A stretch of 64,000 nucleotides of DNA, taken from Candidatus Peregrinibacteria bacterium CG_4_9_14_0_2_um_filter_53_11. GTDB taxonomy: Bacteria > Patescibacteriota > Gracilibacteria > UBA1369 > UM-FILTER-53-11. The notes below the pieces were generated by a model, which saw only the letters and a list, made by a program, of their open reading frames with translations, made no database searches and had not been told where the DNA came from. This document shows, piece by piece, positions 8,921 through 18,157 of the stretch; position 1 is the first letter of the stretch, and each line of letters opens with the position of its first letter. The DNA lies in the NCBI GenBank assembly GCA_002788775.1, contig PFRX01000006.1, positions 5,033 to 69,032 on the forward strand, in the 5' to 3' direction. The position numbers and the translations under genes are program-made.

Positions 8921-10000
8921 TTACTTCTTGCTGTCGTCGAGGGAGTAAACCGCGCGTCCGACACGTACGAAGTGATCGTTTTTCTGAAGGTTGAGTGAGA
9001 TCGTCCCTTTTTTTACATGGCGCTGCTTGAGGACGCCGGCGATAATTTCTTGCTTGGTGAGCGGACTCTTCTTGCGGAGGAGGTCTTCGATAATGTCGGA
9101 GACCGTTCCCTTCTTATAACCCCACTCTTTGAGTCCGTAGAGGCCGCGACCGACAAGGACGAAGTGCTCGTCGCGAATGAGCTCGTTGTGAACCGCCTGT
9201 GTCGTTACCACCTTGCGGTCGAAACCGGCATCGGTGATCTTGTTTGCGATCTCAACGAAGTGTAGTGGTTTGTTGTCCCGCTTGAGGACGATGTAGGCCT
9301 TGTCTCGAATAGATTTAGGGTTGATGTGGCGCCACTTAAGCAGGCCAACTCCCTCCGGAACGCGCTTGAGGCGGACGTCCACTGAGAGGAGTGAGATGAT
9401 GTGCTCACGCTCGGCTGTGATATCTTTTTCTTGAAGTGCGATCTGAACCTCATCGGCGAGTTCGGCCACGGGCATCACGTCTTTTTTCTTTGAAAGTACC
9501 TGATAAACGGTGTCACAGAGCTTTTTAACTTCGGCGGTCTTTACGTTGCGGAGGTGGATGAATGGGTGGAAGACGCCATTCTTTTCTGTGCGATCGAGCT
9601 CGGGGTGGATAGCAAGTGCGAGGCGGATGATGTGTCCGTCGATCTCTGAAGTTGAGTAGAGCTTCTGGAGGATCTCACTTACGAGCTGCTCTTCGAGGGC
9701 GACTCCACCGTGGGCGGTTATGAGCTCTTTTGCAAGGTGTGCAACATCGGCGAGCTTCGTATTCTCAAGCGTGCGTCGGAGCTTTCCAAGGGCGATCTTC
9801 TCGATCTGTCGAATGCGCTCACGAGTTACAGAAAACTCCTGGCCGATCTTTTCAAGAGTCTGACGGGGCTCATTATCGAGCGAAAAACGCTTGATTATAA
9901 CTGTCTTTTCCTTCGGTGTTAGAACCAGAAAGATGTCCTCGAGGACTTTCTTGAGATTCAGTGTTGTTTTCTGCTCACTGCTCGATGCTGCGCTATCCAT
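8921..10000 (-). CDS. Sigma-70 region-4 HTH protein with two C-terminal HARE-HTH-like winged-helix domains (no region 2)
   Basis: 359 aa. The N-terminus has a region-4 signature (TLEKIGQEFSVTRERIRQIEKIALGKLR). The C-terminus has two delta-subunit/HARE-HTH-like units ending HFVLVGRGLYGLKEW and HFVRVGRAVYSL. I saw no region-2 -10-recognition motif. Confidence 0.6.
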   Translation of the reverse strand: MDSAASSSEQKTTLNLKKVLEDIFLVLTPKEKTVIIKRFSLDNEPRQTLEKIGQEFSVTRERIRQIEKIALGKLRRTLENTKLADVAHLAKELITAHGGVALEEQLVSEILQKLYSTSEIDGHIIRLALAIHPELDRTEKNGVFHPFIHLRNVKTAEVKKLCDTVYQVLSKKKDVMPVAELADEVQIALQEKDITAEREHIISLLSVDVRLKRVPEGVGLLKWRHINPKSIRDKAYIVLKRDNKPLHFVEIANKITDAGFDRKVVTTQAVHNELIRDEHFVLVGRGLYGLKEWGYKKGTVSDIIEDLLRKKSPLTKQEIIAGVLKQRHVKKGTISLNLQKNDHFVRVGRAVYSLDDSKK

Positions 10001-10117
10001 ATGTTAGGTGTAAGTGTGATTATATACTGTGTGATCTCCTCGTCCTGTGCGTCTGCTCCTCCACCTTATGCCGTTTCGTCAATGGCGTCAAGACAGAAAA
10101 TTGTAAGATAGGCAAAC

Positions 10118-11365
10118 TTATCGTTTTATCAATTCTTCGGGGGCAGTTGAGGGTCTCATTGTAGTGCTTTTTCTGGATTTGTCAACACTTCGGCGGGAAA
10201 GGCTCATAACATGCTTTCCGAAGCGTTTTTCAAGGGCATCTCGGGTGGTGTTGAGTGCGTCATTTTTTGCCTCTTTCTCACTGTTGAAGAGTGAGTACTG
10301 CTTCGGGAATGCCGGCTGGAGCTTACTCATGATGAATCCGGTCTTACGGTAGAGCTTTCCCGGTTCCACGATCTCTTTAAAGAGCTCCTTTATAGTGGGA
10401 ATAAGGATGTGTTCCGAGGCGGTTGCCGTCTCAAATCGGTGTGTGGCCGAGCGATGGGAAAAGTCCTTCGTTACAAGAACGAGCTGAATCTCCGCCGTCT
10501 CTTGCTCGTGCCAACGGAGGCGCTCGGTGAGCTCATGAAGGAGCTGTAGCGCATAGCTCAGAACATACTCATGATCTGCGGTGAAGATGGGGAAGGTTCT
10601 AAGGTGTGAGAGCGATTTCGGAGGTTGTGTTCGCGATGCTACCGGCGAGAGGGCCTCGCCATTAAGCTCGGCATAGAAGTAGCGTCCCTGGCTCCCCATG
10701 AACTGCTGAATCTCGCTACGTGATGCGAGATCGGCCGCTGTGGTATAGCCGTAAGCCGAGAGCCTGAGGGCCGTTTTTCGGCCCACGCCGGGAACGGCAC
10801 TGATGGGGAGTTTGCTCAGGATGGTGCGTCGATTTGTCTCATTGATCCAGGCAACTCCGCGGGGTTTGTTCAGATCTGAGGCTATCTTGGCCAGTAGTTT
10901 CGAGCTGGCGATCCCTATCGAGACGGGGATCCCTATCTCATTGAGAATCCTCAGCTGGAGCATCTGAGCATACTGCACACAGGCCTCACTGTTAAGGAGT
11001 TCGGGCAGGCCGGTGAGATCTACGAAGGCCTCGTCAATCGAGTAGGGCTGGACGTGTGGACTGAGTGTTCGCAGGAGCTCCATCAAGGCTCGTGAGGTCT
11101 CGCTGTAGCGGTGAAAGTTGGTCTCCACCAGGAGTGCCTTTGGACAGAGCTGTATCGCTTGGTAGACCGGCGTACCCGCTCGTATCCCAAAAGGGCGGGC
11201 CTCATAACTTGCCGTCACCACGATTCCCCTGTTATCAGTGCGGTTGCAGACCAAGACCGGCTTCCTTTTCAGAAAGGGGTTGTCGCGAATCTCAACGGCG
11301 GCAAAGAAGCAGTCTGCATCACAGTGGGCGATCAGTCGTTCCATACAGTATGAGTGTATGCTCAT
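10118..11365 (-). CDS. dinB: DNA polymerase IV (Y-family)
   Basis: 415 aa with AHCDADCFFAAVEIRDNP, SIDEAFVDLTG and the HhH VPGVGRKTALRL. An alternative in-frame ATG lies at 11344. Confidence 0.9.
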   Translation of the reverse strand: MSIHSYCMERLIAHCDADCFFAAVEIRDNPFLKRKPVLVCNRTDNRGIVVTASYEARPFGIRAGTPVYQAIQLCPKALLVETNFHRYSETSRALMELLRTLSPHVQPYSIDEAFVDLTGLPELLNSEACVQYAQMLQLRILNEIGIPVSIGIASSKLLAKIASDLNKPRGVAWINETNRRTILSKLPISAVPGVGRKTALRLSAYGYTTAADLASRSEIQQFMGSQGRYFYAELNGEALSPVASRTQPPKSLSHLRTFPIFTADHEYVLSYALQLLHELTERLRWHEQETAEIQLVLVTKDFSHRSATHRFETATASEHILIPTIKELFKEIVEPGKLYRKTGFIMSKLQPAFPKQYSLFNSEKEAKNDALNTTRDALEKRFGKHVMSLSRRSVDKSRKSTTMRPSTAPEELIKR

Positions 11366-11421
11366 ACTTACGGCCCGACAAGTTCCGATCCTCTCCTTGG
11401 TGCTGCAGAATTTTTAAGCCG

Positions 11422-11430
11422 TGGTATAGT
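11422..11430 (+). promoter_or_regulatory. Extended -10 element TGGTATAGT, 6 nt before the rnhB ATG
   Basis: GTGGTATAGTcgcgttATG. Confidence 0.45.
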
Positions 11431-11436
11431 CGCGTT

Positions 11437-12069
11437 ATGGCACCTCCCCACTCCCGTTATGAGCGCGCTCTGCAGGCCGAAGGACACGTGGTCGTGGGCG
11501 TTGATGAGGTCGGCTGTGGCTCACTCGCCGGTCCCGTGGTTGCGGCCGCGGTCGAGCTCTTTTCTTCGGCACGTCTCCCCGGTCTTAACGACTCCAAGCT
11601 TCTCACTCCTCTCAAGCGGGAGCGTCTTTTTGAGGCGATCTGCCGGCAGAAGATTCGCTGGTCGGTGGGGTTGGCGACTGTTGAGGAGGTCGAGCAACTC
11701 AATGTCCGTCAGGCGGGGCTGGTTGCGATGCGTCGTGCTGTAGAGCGTTTTTCCGATGTGACCTATGCTCTTGTCGATGCTTGGACAATCCCCGGTCTTA
11801 AAATTAAGCAGCGTGGCATCATTCATGGCGACCGGATTGCCCGCTCAATTGCCGCCGCCTCTGTTGTGGCAAAGGTTGTTCGTGATAGCTACATGTCCTC
11901 GCTGGATCTTCTCTTCCCCGCCTATGGCTTTAGAAGTCATAAAGGATATGGGACGCGCGCGCATATTGATGCACTAAGAAAAAACGGCCCCTCATCCTTA
12001 CATAGACGCACTTTTATAGAGGGAATCATGACTGCGCACTCTTCGACGCTGTCTTCGGAGAGTTTATGA
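11437..12069 (+). CDS. rnhB: Ribonuclease HII
   Basis: The track ORF (11065-12069) is over-extended antisense into dinB. Homology begins at ATG 11437: VVGVDEVGCGSLAGPVVAAAV, LNDSKLL, AAASVVAKVVRD, HKGYGTRAH. TGGTATAGT lies 6 nt upstream. Confidence 0.9.
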   Translation: MAPPHSRYERALQAEGHVVVGVDEVGCGSLAGPVVAAAVELFSSARLPGLNDSKLLTPLKRERLFEAICRQKIRWSVGLATVEEVEQLNVRQAGLVAMRRAVERFSDVTYALVDAWTIPGLKIKQRGIIHGDRIARSIAAASVVAKVVRDSYMSSLDLLFPAYGFRSHKGYGTRAHIDALRKNGPSSLHRRTFIEGIMTAHSSTLSSESL

Positions 12070-12121
12070 GCTCTTGCAGTTGATCTCTAATCTCGATACT
12101 CTAGGGGCGGCCCCTCCCCCT

Positions 12122-12206
12122 GCCCAGGTGGTGGAACTGGTAGACACGCTAGCCTTAGGAGCTAGTGCCGCAAGGTGTGAGAGTTCGAGTCTCTCCCTGG
12201 GCACCA
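12122..12206 (+). tRNA. tRNA-Leu (anticodon UAG), long variable arm, CCA encoded
   Basis: Hand-folded. Acceptor GCCCAGG/CCTGGGC, anticodon stem CTAGC/GCTAG with loop CTTAGGA, T-loop TTCGAGT, 3' ACCA. Confidence 0.9.
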
Positions 12207-12293
12207 TAGATTATCGTTGGTATTCTTTTTCAGAGTTGAATTAGCCACTCCGCGCCCTCATCTTTCCGGGCTGTTTTTGTGCATCAAGGGTAA

Positions 12294-12321
12294 TTGACTT
12301 AATTCGATGATGTGTTAAAAT
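12294..12321 (+). promoter_or_regulatory. Promoter TTGACT-16-(TGt)TAAAAT
   Basis: Read directly; it lies 36 nt upstream of ATG 12358. Confidence 0.5.
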
Positions 12322-12357
12322 ATTCCCCTACTTGCATTAATTCAATGACTCTTCATT

Positions 12358-13137
12358 ATGACAGAAGGAGATCCAAAAGAGCTGGTACGTCGGGACAAAA
12401 TCAAGGCTGCACTCGAGGCGAAGAGGGCGGAGTTTTCAGCCGGAGACTTGGATGTATTGGCTCCCACCGCGGTTGATCAGCTGGTAGCGCAAGTATCCAC
12501 TGCACTCGCAAAACTTGAGGCGGATGCGGTGATTGATGGACTTCCCGCGCCCGGAGCAGTTGCTCTCGATAAGCTTTTAGGCAAGACCCTTGCCTCGGTT
12601 CTTGAACGCGCTCGTCAAGTACTAGCTGCGCAGGGTTATGAGGGAAGCTCCGTAGCGTCCGTTGAGACTCCTCAGTCACAACTTGATAGGCTGCATGCTG
12701 AGGCATCAGATTTATACACTAAGCTCTATCCCGCCAAGCAGTTTGCTCCTCGGGCAAAGTTCAATATAGTTCAGTTCCAGAAAACCCATAGGCAGACGGC
12801 ACTTTCTCCCGCTGCCTACCTAGGTGCTGTGATTAAGCGCTTCAGGCAGGTGCTGGCTCTGTCGAACGGGCGTAGTGTGAAGGCGAGTCCCCGCTGTTAC
12901 ATAATCGATAGGCCAAAAAATGCTTGTGCTTCTTCGGAAGACTCGAGCGGGGTTCTTCAAGTTGAGATCAGCGCCATCACCATTGATGGGCATGTTCAGC
13001 TCAAGGGCCGTAAGGGGCACCGCTTACCTGAGGGGCTTTACCCCACTAAAGAGGCTGCTGAAAAAGCGTTTGCTGAGCAGAAGGCTCTTTTCTCGGACCC
13101 GCCGGCTTCTCTTGAGCCCGATAAGGGCGAGGAGTAA
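12358..13137 (+). CDS. Hypothetical protein
   Basis: 259-aa ORF with its own TTGACT-16-TAAAAT promoter. Helical N-half. No recognisable domain. Confidence 0.5.
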   Translation: MTEGDPKELVRRDKIKAALEAKRAEFSAGDLDVLAPTAVDQLVAQVSTALAKLEADAVIDGLPAPGAVALDKLLGKTLASVLERARQVLAAQGYEGSSVASVETPQSQLDRLHAEASDLYTKLYPAKQFAPRAKFNIVQFQKTHRQTALSPAAYLGAVIKRFRQVLALSNGRSVKASPRCYIIDRPKNACASSEDSSGVLQVEISAITIDGHVQLKGRKGHRLPEGLYPTKEAAEKAFAEQKALFSDPPASLEPDKGEE

Positions 13138-13233
13138 GAGATCTAGGCCGGCCCGGTTCAGTCGCTCCGGACCTGGTATTCCCACTCTGTAGGCTTTCTT
13201 GAGCCGGATGAGCCGGGAGCTTTTGGGAAGTAT

Positions 13234-13262
13234 TTGAATACCAAAGCCCCCCCTGGTAGAGT
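13234..13262 (+). promoter_or_regulatory. Promoter TTGAAT-17-(TGg)TAGAGT with a C7 tract in the spacer
   Basis: TTGAATaccaaagccccccctggTAGAGT, 11 nt before ATG 13274. Confidence 0.4.
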
Positions 13263-13273
13263 GTAGATACCTC

Positions 13274-13654
13274 ATGAAAAAGCACGCTCAACCAGCTCGG
13301 AATACTAGGCCAACCCCTGATAATAGGCCGGCAGCGGCTCGGGTGCATGAACCGGCTGGAAAGACTGAAAAAAACGGAAAACTTGATGAGCGGGCACGCC
13401 GCATTCTAGAAAAGCTCAGCCGTACCGAGCTCGAGCAGTTCGTGCACTACCTCAGCAATCCTTGGCGTATTATCTGGGCCAATTTTTTGGCGGGGACCTC
13501 ACGTGGTCTTGGTTTCCTTCTTGGAGCGGCTATCGTGATCACCATTCTTGGATTTATTACGACCCAGATTCTCAGCCAGATCCCCCTAGTCGGTGACTTT
13601 TTCACCGCTTTTAATGTTTGGATTCAGGAGACGATTCATCAGTCACAGCTGTAA
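13274..13654 (+). CDS. Small membrane protein, DUF5665-like
   Basis: 126 aa. Basic N-terminus, then NPWRIIWANFLAGTSRGLGFLLGAAIVITILGFI and a second hydrophobic segment. The family name is from memory. Confidence 0.45.
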   Translation: MKKHAQPARNTRPTPDNRPAAARVHEPAGKTEKNGKLDERARRILEKLSRTELEQFVHYLSNPWRIIWANFLAGTSRGLGFLLGAAIVITILGFITTQILSQIPLVGDFFTAFNVWIQETIHQSQL

Positions 13655-13686
13655 TTTTTTCGTGAGTCAACGCTAACGCGATCTCC

Positions 13687-16600
13687 ATGTCTTTTGTTCA
13701 TCTTCACACGCATACGCACTACTCGCTCCTCGACGGTCTTTCGCGACCAAAGGAGGTCGTTAAAGTTGCCAAGGACCAAGGGAGCCCGGCTATAGCTATT
13801 ACCGATCATGGCGTTATGTCCGGCGCCATCGATCTTTATAAAGCCGCTAAGGAACAGGACATTAATCCAATTCTGGGGTGTGAGATGTATGTTGCACCCG
13901 AGGGCCGTTTGCGCAAAGAGCCCGGCCTTCCGATCAACCACCTGATCCTTCTTGCCTATAATAATGAAGGCTATCGCAACTTGATGGAGCTTGTCACCAA
14001 AGCGAATCTTGAAGGATTTTACTACAAACCGCGTGTTGACCACGGTCTTTTGCGGGAGTTCAGCCGTGGGCTCATCGCCCTCTCGGGCTGTCTGGCCAGT
14101 GAGGTCTCCCAGTCGCTTTTGGATGGGAATGAGGAGAAGGCCGCCGAGACGGTACGTCTCTACCAAGAGATCTTCGGCTCTGAGAACTATTTTTTGGAGG
14201 TTCAGGACCATCCTGAGCTCTCCGAGCAGATTCTCGTTAACCAGCGCCTCTATAACCTCTCCTCTCATTTAAATGTCCCGCTCGTGGCGACGGCCGACAG
14301 CCACTATACCCATAAAGAGGACCACGACGTCCACGACATTCTGCTCTGCATCCAGATGGGAAAGACGCTCGATCAGAGTGACCGTATGAAGTTTGAGGGG
14401 GACTTTTCTCTGCGCTCCCCCGAGGAGATGAAGGAGGCCTTTAAGGATCATCCGAGCGCCATTACCAACACGCTTGAGATCGCAAGCCGTTGTAAGGTCG
14501 AGCTTACTTTTGGAACAAACTTAATTCCCCGTTTTGAGACGCCCGAACAAAAAGATCCGACCGTCTACCTGCGCGAGTTGTGCGAGGAAGGGGTGCGGTC
14601 GCGCTATGGTGATGCTCCCACAAAGGAGGTTATGGAGCGACTCGACTACGAGCTCGGCGTTATCCATGACTCGGGCTTTGATGCCTACTTTTTGATTGTT
14701 CGTGATTTTGTGCGCCATGCCAAGGAGGTCGGGGTGATTGTCGGGCCCGGGCGTGGCTCGGCCGCCGGCTCGCTCGTAGCCTATGTTTTGGAGATCACAA
14801 ATGTTGATCCGCTCACGTATGGTCTCCTCTTCGAGCGCTTCCTCAATCCTGCTCGTGTCTCGATGCCTGATATCGATATCGACTTTGATGATGAGCGGCG
14901 CAATGAAGTTTTGGAGTATGTTGTGCAGAAGTACGGCCGTGATCGAGTCGCTCAGATCATTACCTTTGGAACGATGGCCGCGCGTGCGGCCGTTAGGGAT
15001 GTTGGTCGTGTTATGGGCTACCCCTATGGTGAGGTTGATACTATTGCCAAGCTCGTGCCTCCACCGATTCAGGGGCGACACATCCCCCTCTCGACCTCTG
15101 TGAAAGAAGACCAGATGCTCAAAAAGGCCTATGAAGGTGATGCTCGCGCCAAGGCACTCCTCGATAACGCGATGCGGCTCGAGGGGACGATCCGTCATGC
15201 GGGCACTCACGCCTGTGCCGTTATTATCGCCCAGGATCCGCTGACTCATAATACTCCTCTTCAGCGCTCGACCGGCTCGGGTGATGAAAACGGTGTTATT
15301 ACGCAGTACTCGATGAAGCCGCTCGAGTCCCTCGGTCTGCTCAAGATGGACTTCCTCGGTCTCAAAAACCTTACGATCATGCGTAACGCTCTGACGGCCA
15401 TAGACCGTTTAACCGGTACACCCTTTGATCTTGAGAAGGTTGACCTTGAGGATAAGATCACCTTTGCCCTCCTGACTCGTGGTGAGACGACCGGTGTCTT
15501 CCAGCTTGAGTCCGGCGGAATGCGTCGCTACCTTCGTGAGCTTAAGCCCACTACCTTTTATGACATTATCGCCATGGTCGCGCTCTACCGTCCCGGGCCG
15601 ATGGCCTGGATCCCCACCTATATCGAGGGCAAGCGTGATCCCTCATCCATAAGCTACCTGCACCCGTCGTTTGAAGAGATCCTGCAGGAGACAAACGGTG
15701 TTGCGGTTTATCAGGAGCAGATTCTGAAGCTGGCTCGAACTTTTGCCGGTTTTAGTTTGGGAGAGGCCGACATTTTGCGTAAAGCGGTGGGAAAGAAAGA
15801 CCCCAAACTACTTGCAGGTGAGCGCGAGAAGTTTATTGATGGAGCCGTTTCTCAGGGGCACAAAAAGAAGTTTGCCCAGGAGGTCTTTAAGAAGGTTATC
15901 GAACCTTTTGCCGCCTATGGTTTCAACAAGTCCCATGCTACTTGTTATGGCCTCATCGCCTACCAAACAGCCTACCTTAAGGCTCACTTTCCGGCCGCGT
16001 TTATGTCTGCCCTTATGAGCTCCGACGCGAGTAATGAGGAGCGCATCGCGCTGGAGGTAAACGAGTGTCAGTCGATGGATATTAAGGTCCTCCCCCCCTC
16101 GGTTAACGAGTCACTTGGTGAGTTTACGGCAATTGATGAGAAGACGATTCGTTTTGGGCTCAGGGCTATTAAGGGAATCGGTCAGCAGCCTATCGACTCC
16201 ATTATCGAGGCTCGCCACAAGGGTGGTCCGTTTAAGTCCATTGAAGATTTTCTCAAGCGCGTCTCGTCGGACGTAGTTAACAAAAAGCTTATTGAGGCGT
16301 TGAGCTTTAGTGGTGCTCTGGATGAGCTCGGTGAGCGCAACATGTTCGCGGCAAATGTTAATGAGATAACCGCTTTTGCAAAGAGCTCACAGAGCGCTGC
16401 CGCCGAGGGGCAGACGGACATCTTCGGGGTGATGGATGTGGGCGATGGAGATGACTTTGCTCGCCTTGTTCTCCGTTCGGTTAAGCCGGCGACGCGGCTT
16501 GAAAAGTTGGCGTGGGAGAAGCAGTATTTGGGCCTCTACGTCTCGGGCCACCCGTTGCAGGGGCTCAAGCGCTATCTTGCGCGTAAGGTCGTTGCCATTG

Positions 16601-17259
16601 AGAATCTTAATGAAGGGCGAAAAGATAAGGACGTCATGATCGCCGGTATTGTCTCGCGTTACAAGCGTATCGTGACCAAGCGCGGTGCTTCGATGGCTTC
16701 AGCGGAGATCGAGGATCTTACCGGGCGCATCCCCATGATCATCTTCCCCAAGGTTTTTCAGGAGTGTGGCGGGTTGAGTGAGGGGAAGGTCGCCAAGGTT
16801 CAAGGCCGTTTTGATGAGCGCAACGGTGAGGCTCAGTTTGTCGTAAAACAGGTGAAAGAGGTCTCGCTCGATGTGATGATTGAGAATGCAAAAGAGGCGG
16901 GAACTTTTGATCCCAATGAGCCTTTTGTTATTGTGACCAAAAGGGTGGAGGTCGTCCCGGAGGAGGAAAAGGCAGACGGGGAAGCTGCCGAAAAGGGCGA
17001 GGCGGCGAAGCCGGGCGGTAGCAAGGCGTCTAAGGCCAAGAAAGGCTCGAAAAAGCCCACAAAACATATCATCAAGCTTACCGACAAGATGGACACGAGC
17101 TCGCTTGAGTTTCTGAAGTCACTCCTCATGGCCAATCAAGGAGCAACACCGGTTGAGCTGCATCTGAGCCTTCCCGGCAAAGAGCATGTCATCCCCCTCC
17201 CCTTTGGAATCGACCTGACAACAGAGCTCAAGCAGCGGATTGCGGAGGTCGCGAAATAG
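13687..17259 (+). CDS. dnaE: DNA polymerase III alpha subunit
   Basis: 1190 aa. PHP N-terminus MSFVHLHTHTHYSLLDG, then GRGSAAGSLVAYVLEIT, MPDIDIDF, KMDFLGLKNLT, an OB region, and a Lys/Glu-rich C-terminal extension. Confidence 0.95.
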   Translation: MSFVHLHTHTHYSLLDGLSRPKEVVKVAKDQGSPAIAITDHGVMSGAIDLYKAAKEQDINPILGCEMYVAPEGRLRKEPGLPINHLILLAYNNEGYRNLMELVTKANLEGFYYKPRVDHGLLREFSRGLIALSGCLASEVSQSLLDGNEEKAAETVRLYQEIFGSENYFLEVQDHPELSEQILVNQRLYNLSSHLNVPLVATADSHYTHKEDHDVHDILLCIQMGKTLDQSDRMKFEGDFSLRSPEEMKEAFKDHPSAITNTLEIASRCKVELTFGTNLIPRFETPEQKDPTVYLRELCEEGVRSRYGDAPTKEVMERLDYELGVIHDSGFDAYFLIVRDFVRHAKEVGVIVGPGRGSAAGSLVAYVLEITNVDPLTYGLLFERFLNPARVSMPDIDIDFDDERRNEVLEYVVQKYGRDRVAQIITFGTMAARAAVRDVGRVMGYPYGEVDTIAKLVPPPIQGRHIPLSTSVKEDQMLKKAYEGDARAKALLDNAMRLEGTIRHAGTHACAVIIAQDPLTHNTPLQRSTGSGDENGVITQYSMKPLESLGLLKMDFLGLKNLTIMRNALTAIDRLTGTPFDLEKVDLEDKITFALLTRGETTGVFQLESGGMRRYLRELKPTTFYDIIAMVALYRPGPMAWIPTYIEGKRDPSSISYLHPSFEEILQETNGVAVYQEQILKLARTFAGFSLGEADILRKAVGKKDPKLLAGEREKFIDGAVSQGHKKKFAQEVFKKVIEPFAAYGFNKSHATCYGLIAYQTAYLKAHFPAAFMSALMSSDASNEERIALEVNECQSMDIKVLPPSVNESLGEFTAIDEKTIRFGLRAIKGIGQQPIDSIIEARHKGGPFKSIEDFLKRVSSDVVNKKLIEALSFSGALDELGERNMFAANVNEITAFAKSSQSAAAEGQTDIFGVMDVGDGDDFARLVLRSVKPATRLEKLAWEKQYLGLYVSGHPLQGLKRYLARKVVAIENLNEGRKDKDVMIAGIVSRYKRIVTKRGASMASAEIEDLTGRIPMIIFPKVFQECGGLSEGKVAKVQGRFDERNGEAQFVVKQVKEVSLDVMIENAKEAGTFDPNEPFVIVTKRVEVVPEEEKADGEAAEKGEAAKPGGSKASKAKKGSKKPTKHIIKLTDKMDTSSLEFLKSLLMANQGATPVELHLSLPGKEHVIPLPFGIDLTTELKQRIAEVAK

Positions 17260-17389
17260 CTGCTTTAGTAGCTGCCTTATGGTGATAAATGCACATGTAA
17301 ATAGAACGTGCCTCGCGAAGCAGCTACAGTAGCTGGCCAATCGGTGCCGGTCTGTGTTACGGTGCGCTCTTAACTTTTAGTTTTTTTAT

Positions 17390-18094
17390 ATGTCGCTAGC
17401 TTCAGGACCTTCCGACTCTCCACGACGTTACCTCCCCGACCTCCTTACCGCCGCCGCCGAAACTAAAAATGTCCTAGTTATTGACGGCTATGGTGAGCCT
17501 CACGGTGAGCGTTGGCAGCATACTGAGGTTGCGGCGGCTCGTGCCTCCGGCCGCAAGGTCGAGCATATCCATGATGTTAAGGGTTTCCGTCCCGGGCTGG
17601 AACCTCGTTTCAGTGATTTTGAACGACGCCTTCTGGCTGTTTTTTATAATGAAGACTTGAGGCCCGAGCAGACTTTGGTAATCGCTCATAGTCTTGCTGG
17701 CGTCGGCTGGCTTAGCATGCTTAAAAAGGCTCCCGGCCTTGCCCGGTGCAGAGCGGTTCTGGTAGGTACGCCCTTGAGAAATCGTACCGGTTTAGATCAG
17801 ATTAATGACTTTTTTCCCCTTCCCAACCTCAACCTTGCTGAGCTCACTGACCGCCTCGTCGTCGTCGGTTCAACTAATGATCCGGTCATCCATGAGTGGC
17901 CCGAAGAGCTCGCCGGTAAGCTCGGTGTGCATTTTTGCCAGATCCCAAATGCCGGTCACTTTATGCCACGCGCTCTTCACGGAAGTTCTGAGCAGCTCGA
18001 CGTGGGGCCCGAGTGGGCGCAAGCGCGCCGGGCTATCCCCCATGGCTACCTTCCCTACGATCTTCCTTCATCGCGGCGGCCGCTGGCGGATTAA
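17390..18094 (+). CDS. Alpha/beta hydrolase, YdeN/RBBP9-like serine hydrolase
   Basis: 234 aa. Nucleophile elbow VIAHSLAG, later VVVGSTNDPV and IPNAGHFM, consistent with a Ser-Asp-His triad. Confidence 0.55.
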   Translation: MSLASGPSDSPRRYLPDLLTAAAETKNVLVIDGYGEPHGERWQHTEVAAARASGRKVEHIHDVKGFRPGLEPRFSDFERRLLAVFYNEDLRPEQTLVIAHSLAGVGWLSMLKKAPGLARCRAVLVGTPLRNRTGLDQINDFFPLPNLNLAELTDRLVVVGSTNDPVIHEWPEELAGKLGVHFCQIPNAGHFMPRALHGSSEQLDVGPEWAQARRAIPHGYLPYDLPSSRRPLAD

Positions 18095-18157
18095 CCTCCA
18101 CCACCTTGTGAATTCCATTGCTCCGGGGCTGTTCTTTCCCGTATACTTGGCGACGAT

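Noticed and set aside
11065-11436. The N-terminal 124 codons of track ORF 11065-12069 (334 aa).
   Set aside because: This part lies antisense inside dinB and has no RNase HII similarity. Homology and a -10 box support a start at 11437.
12207-13654. A genomic island integrated at tRNA-Leu.
   Set aside because: I could find no integrase, no duplicated tRNA 3' segment downstream and no obvious compositional break. It is kept only as a low-interest note.
13639-15249. Antisense ORFs inside dnaE (13639-14268, 14521-15249).
   Set aside because: dnaE is unambiguous on the + strand, and these have no independent support.
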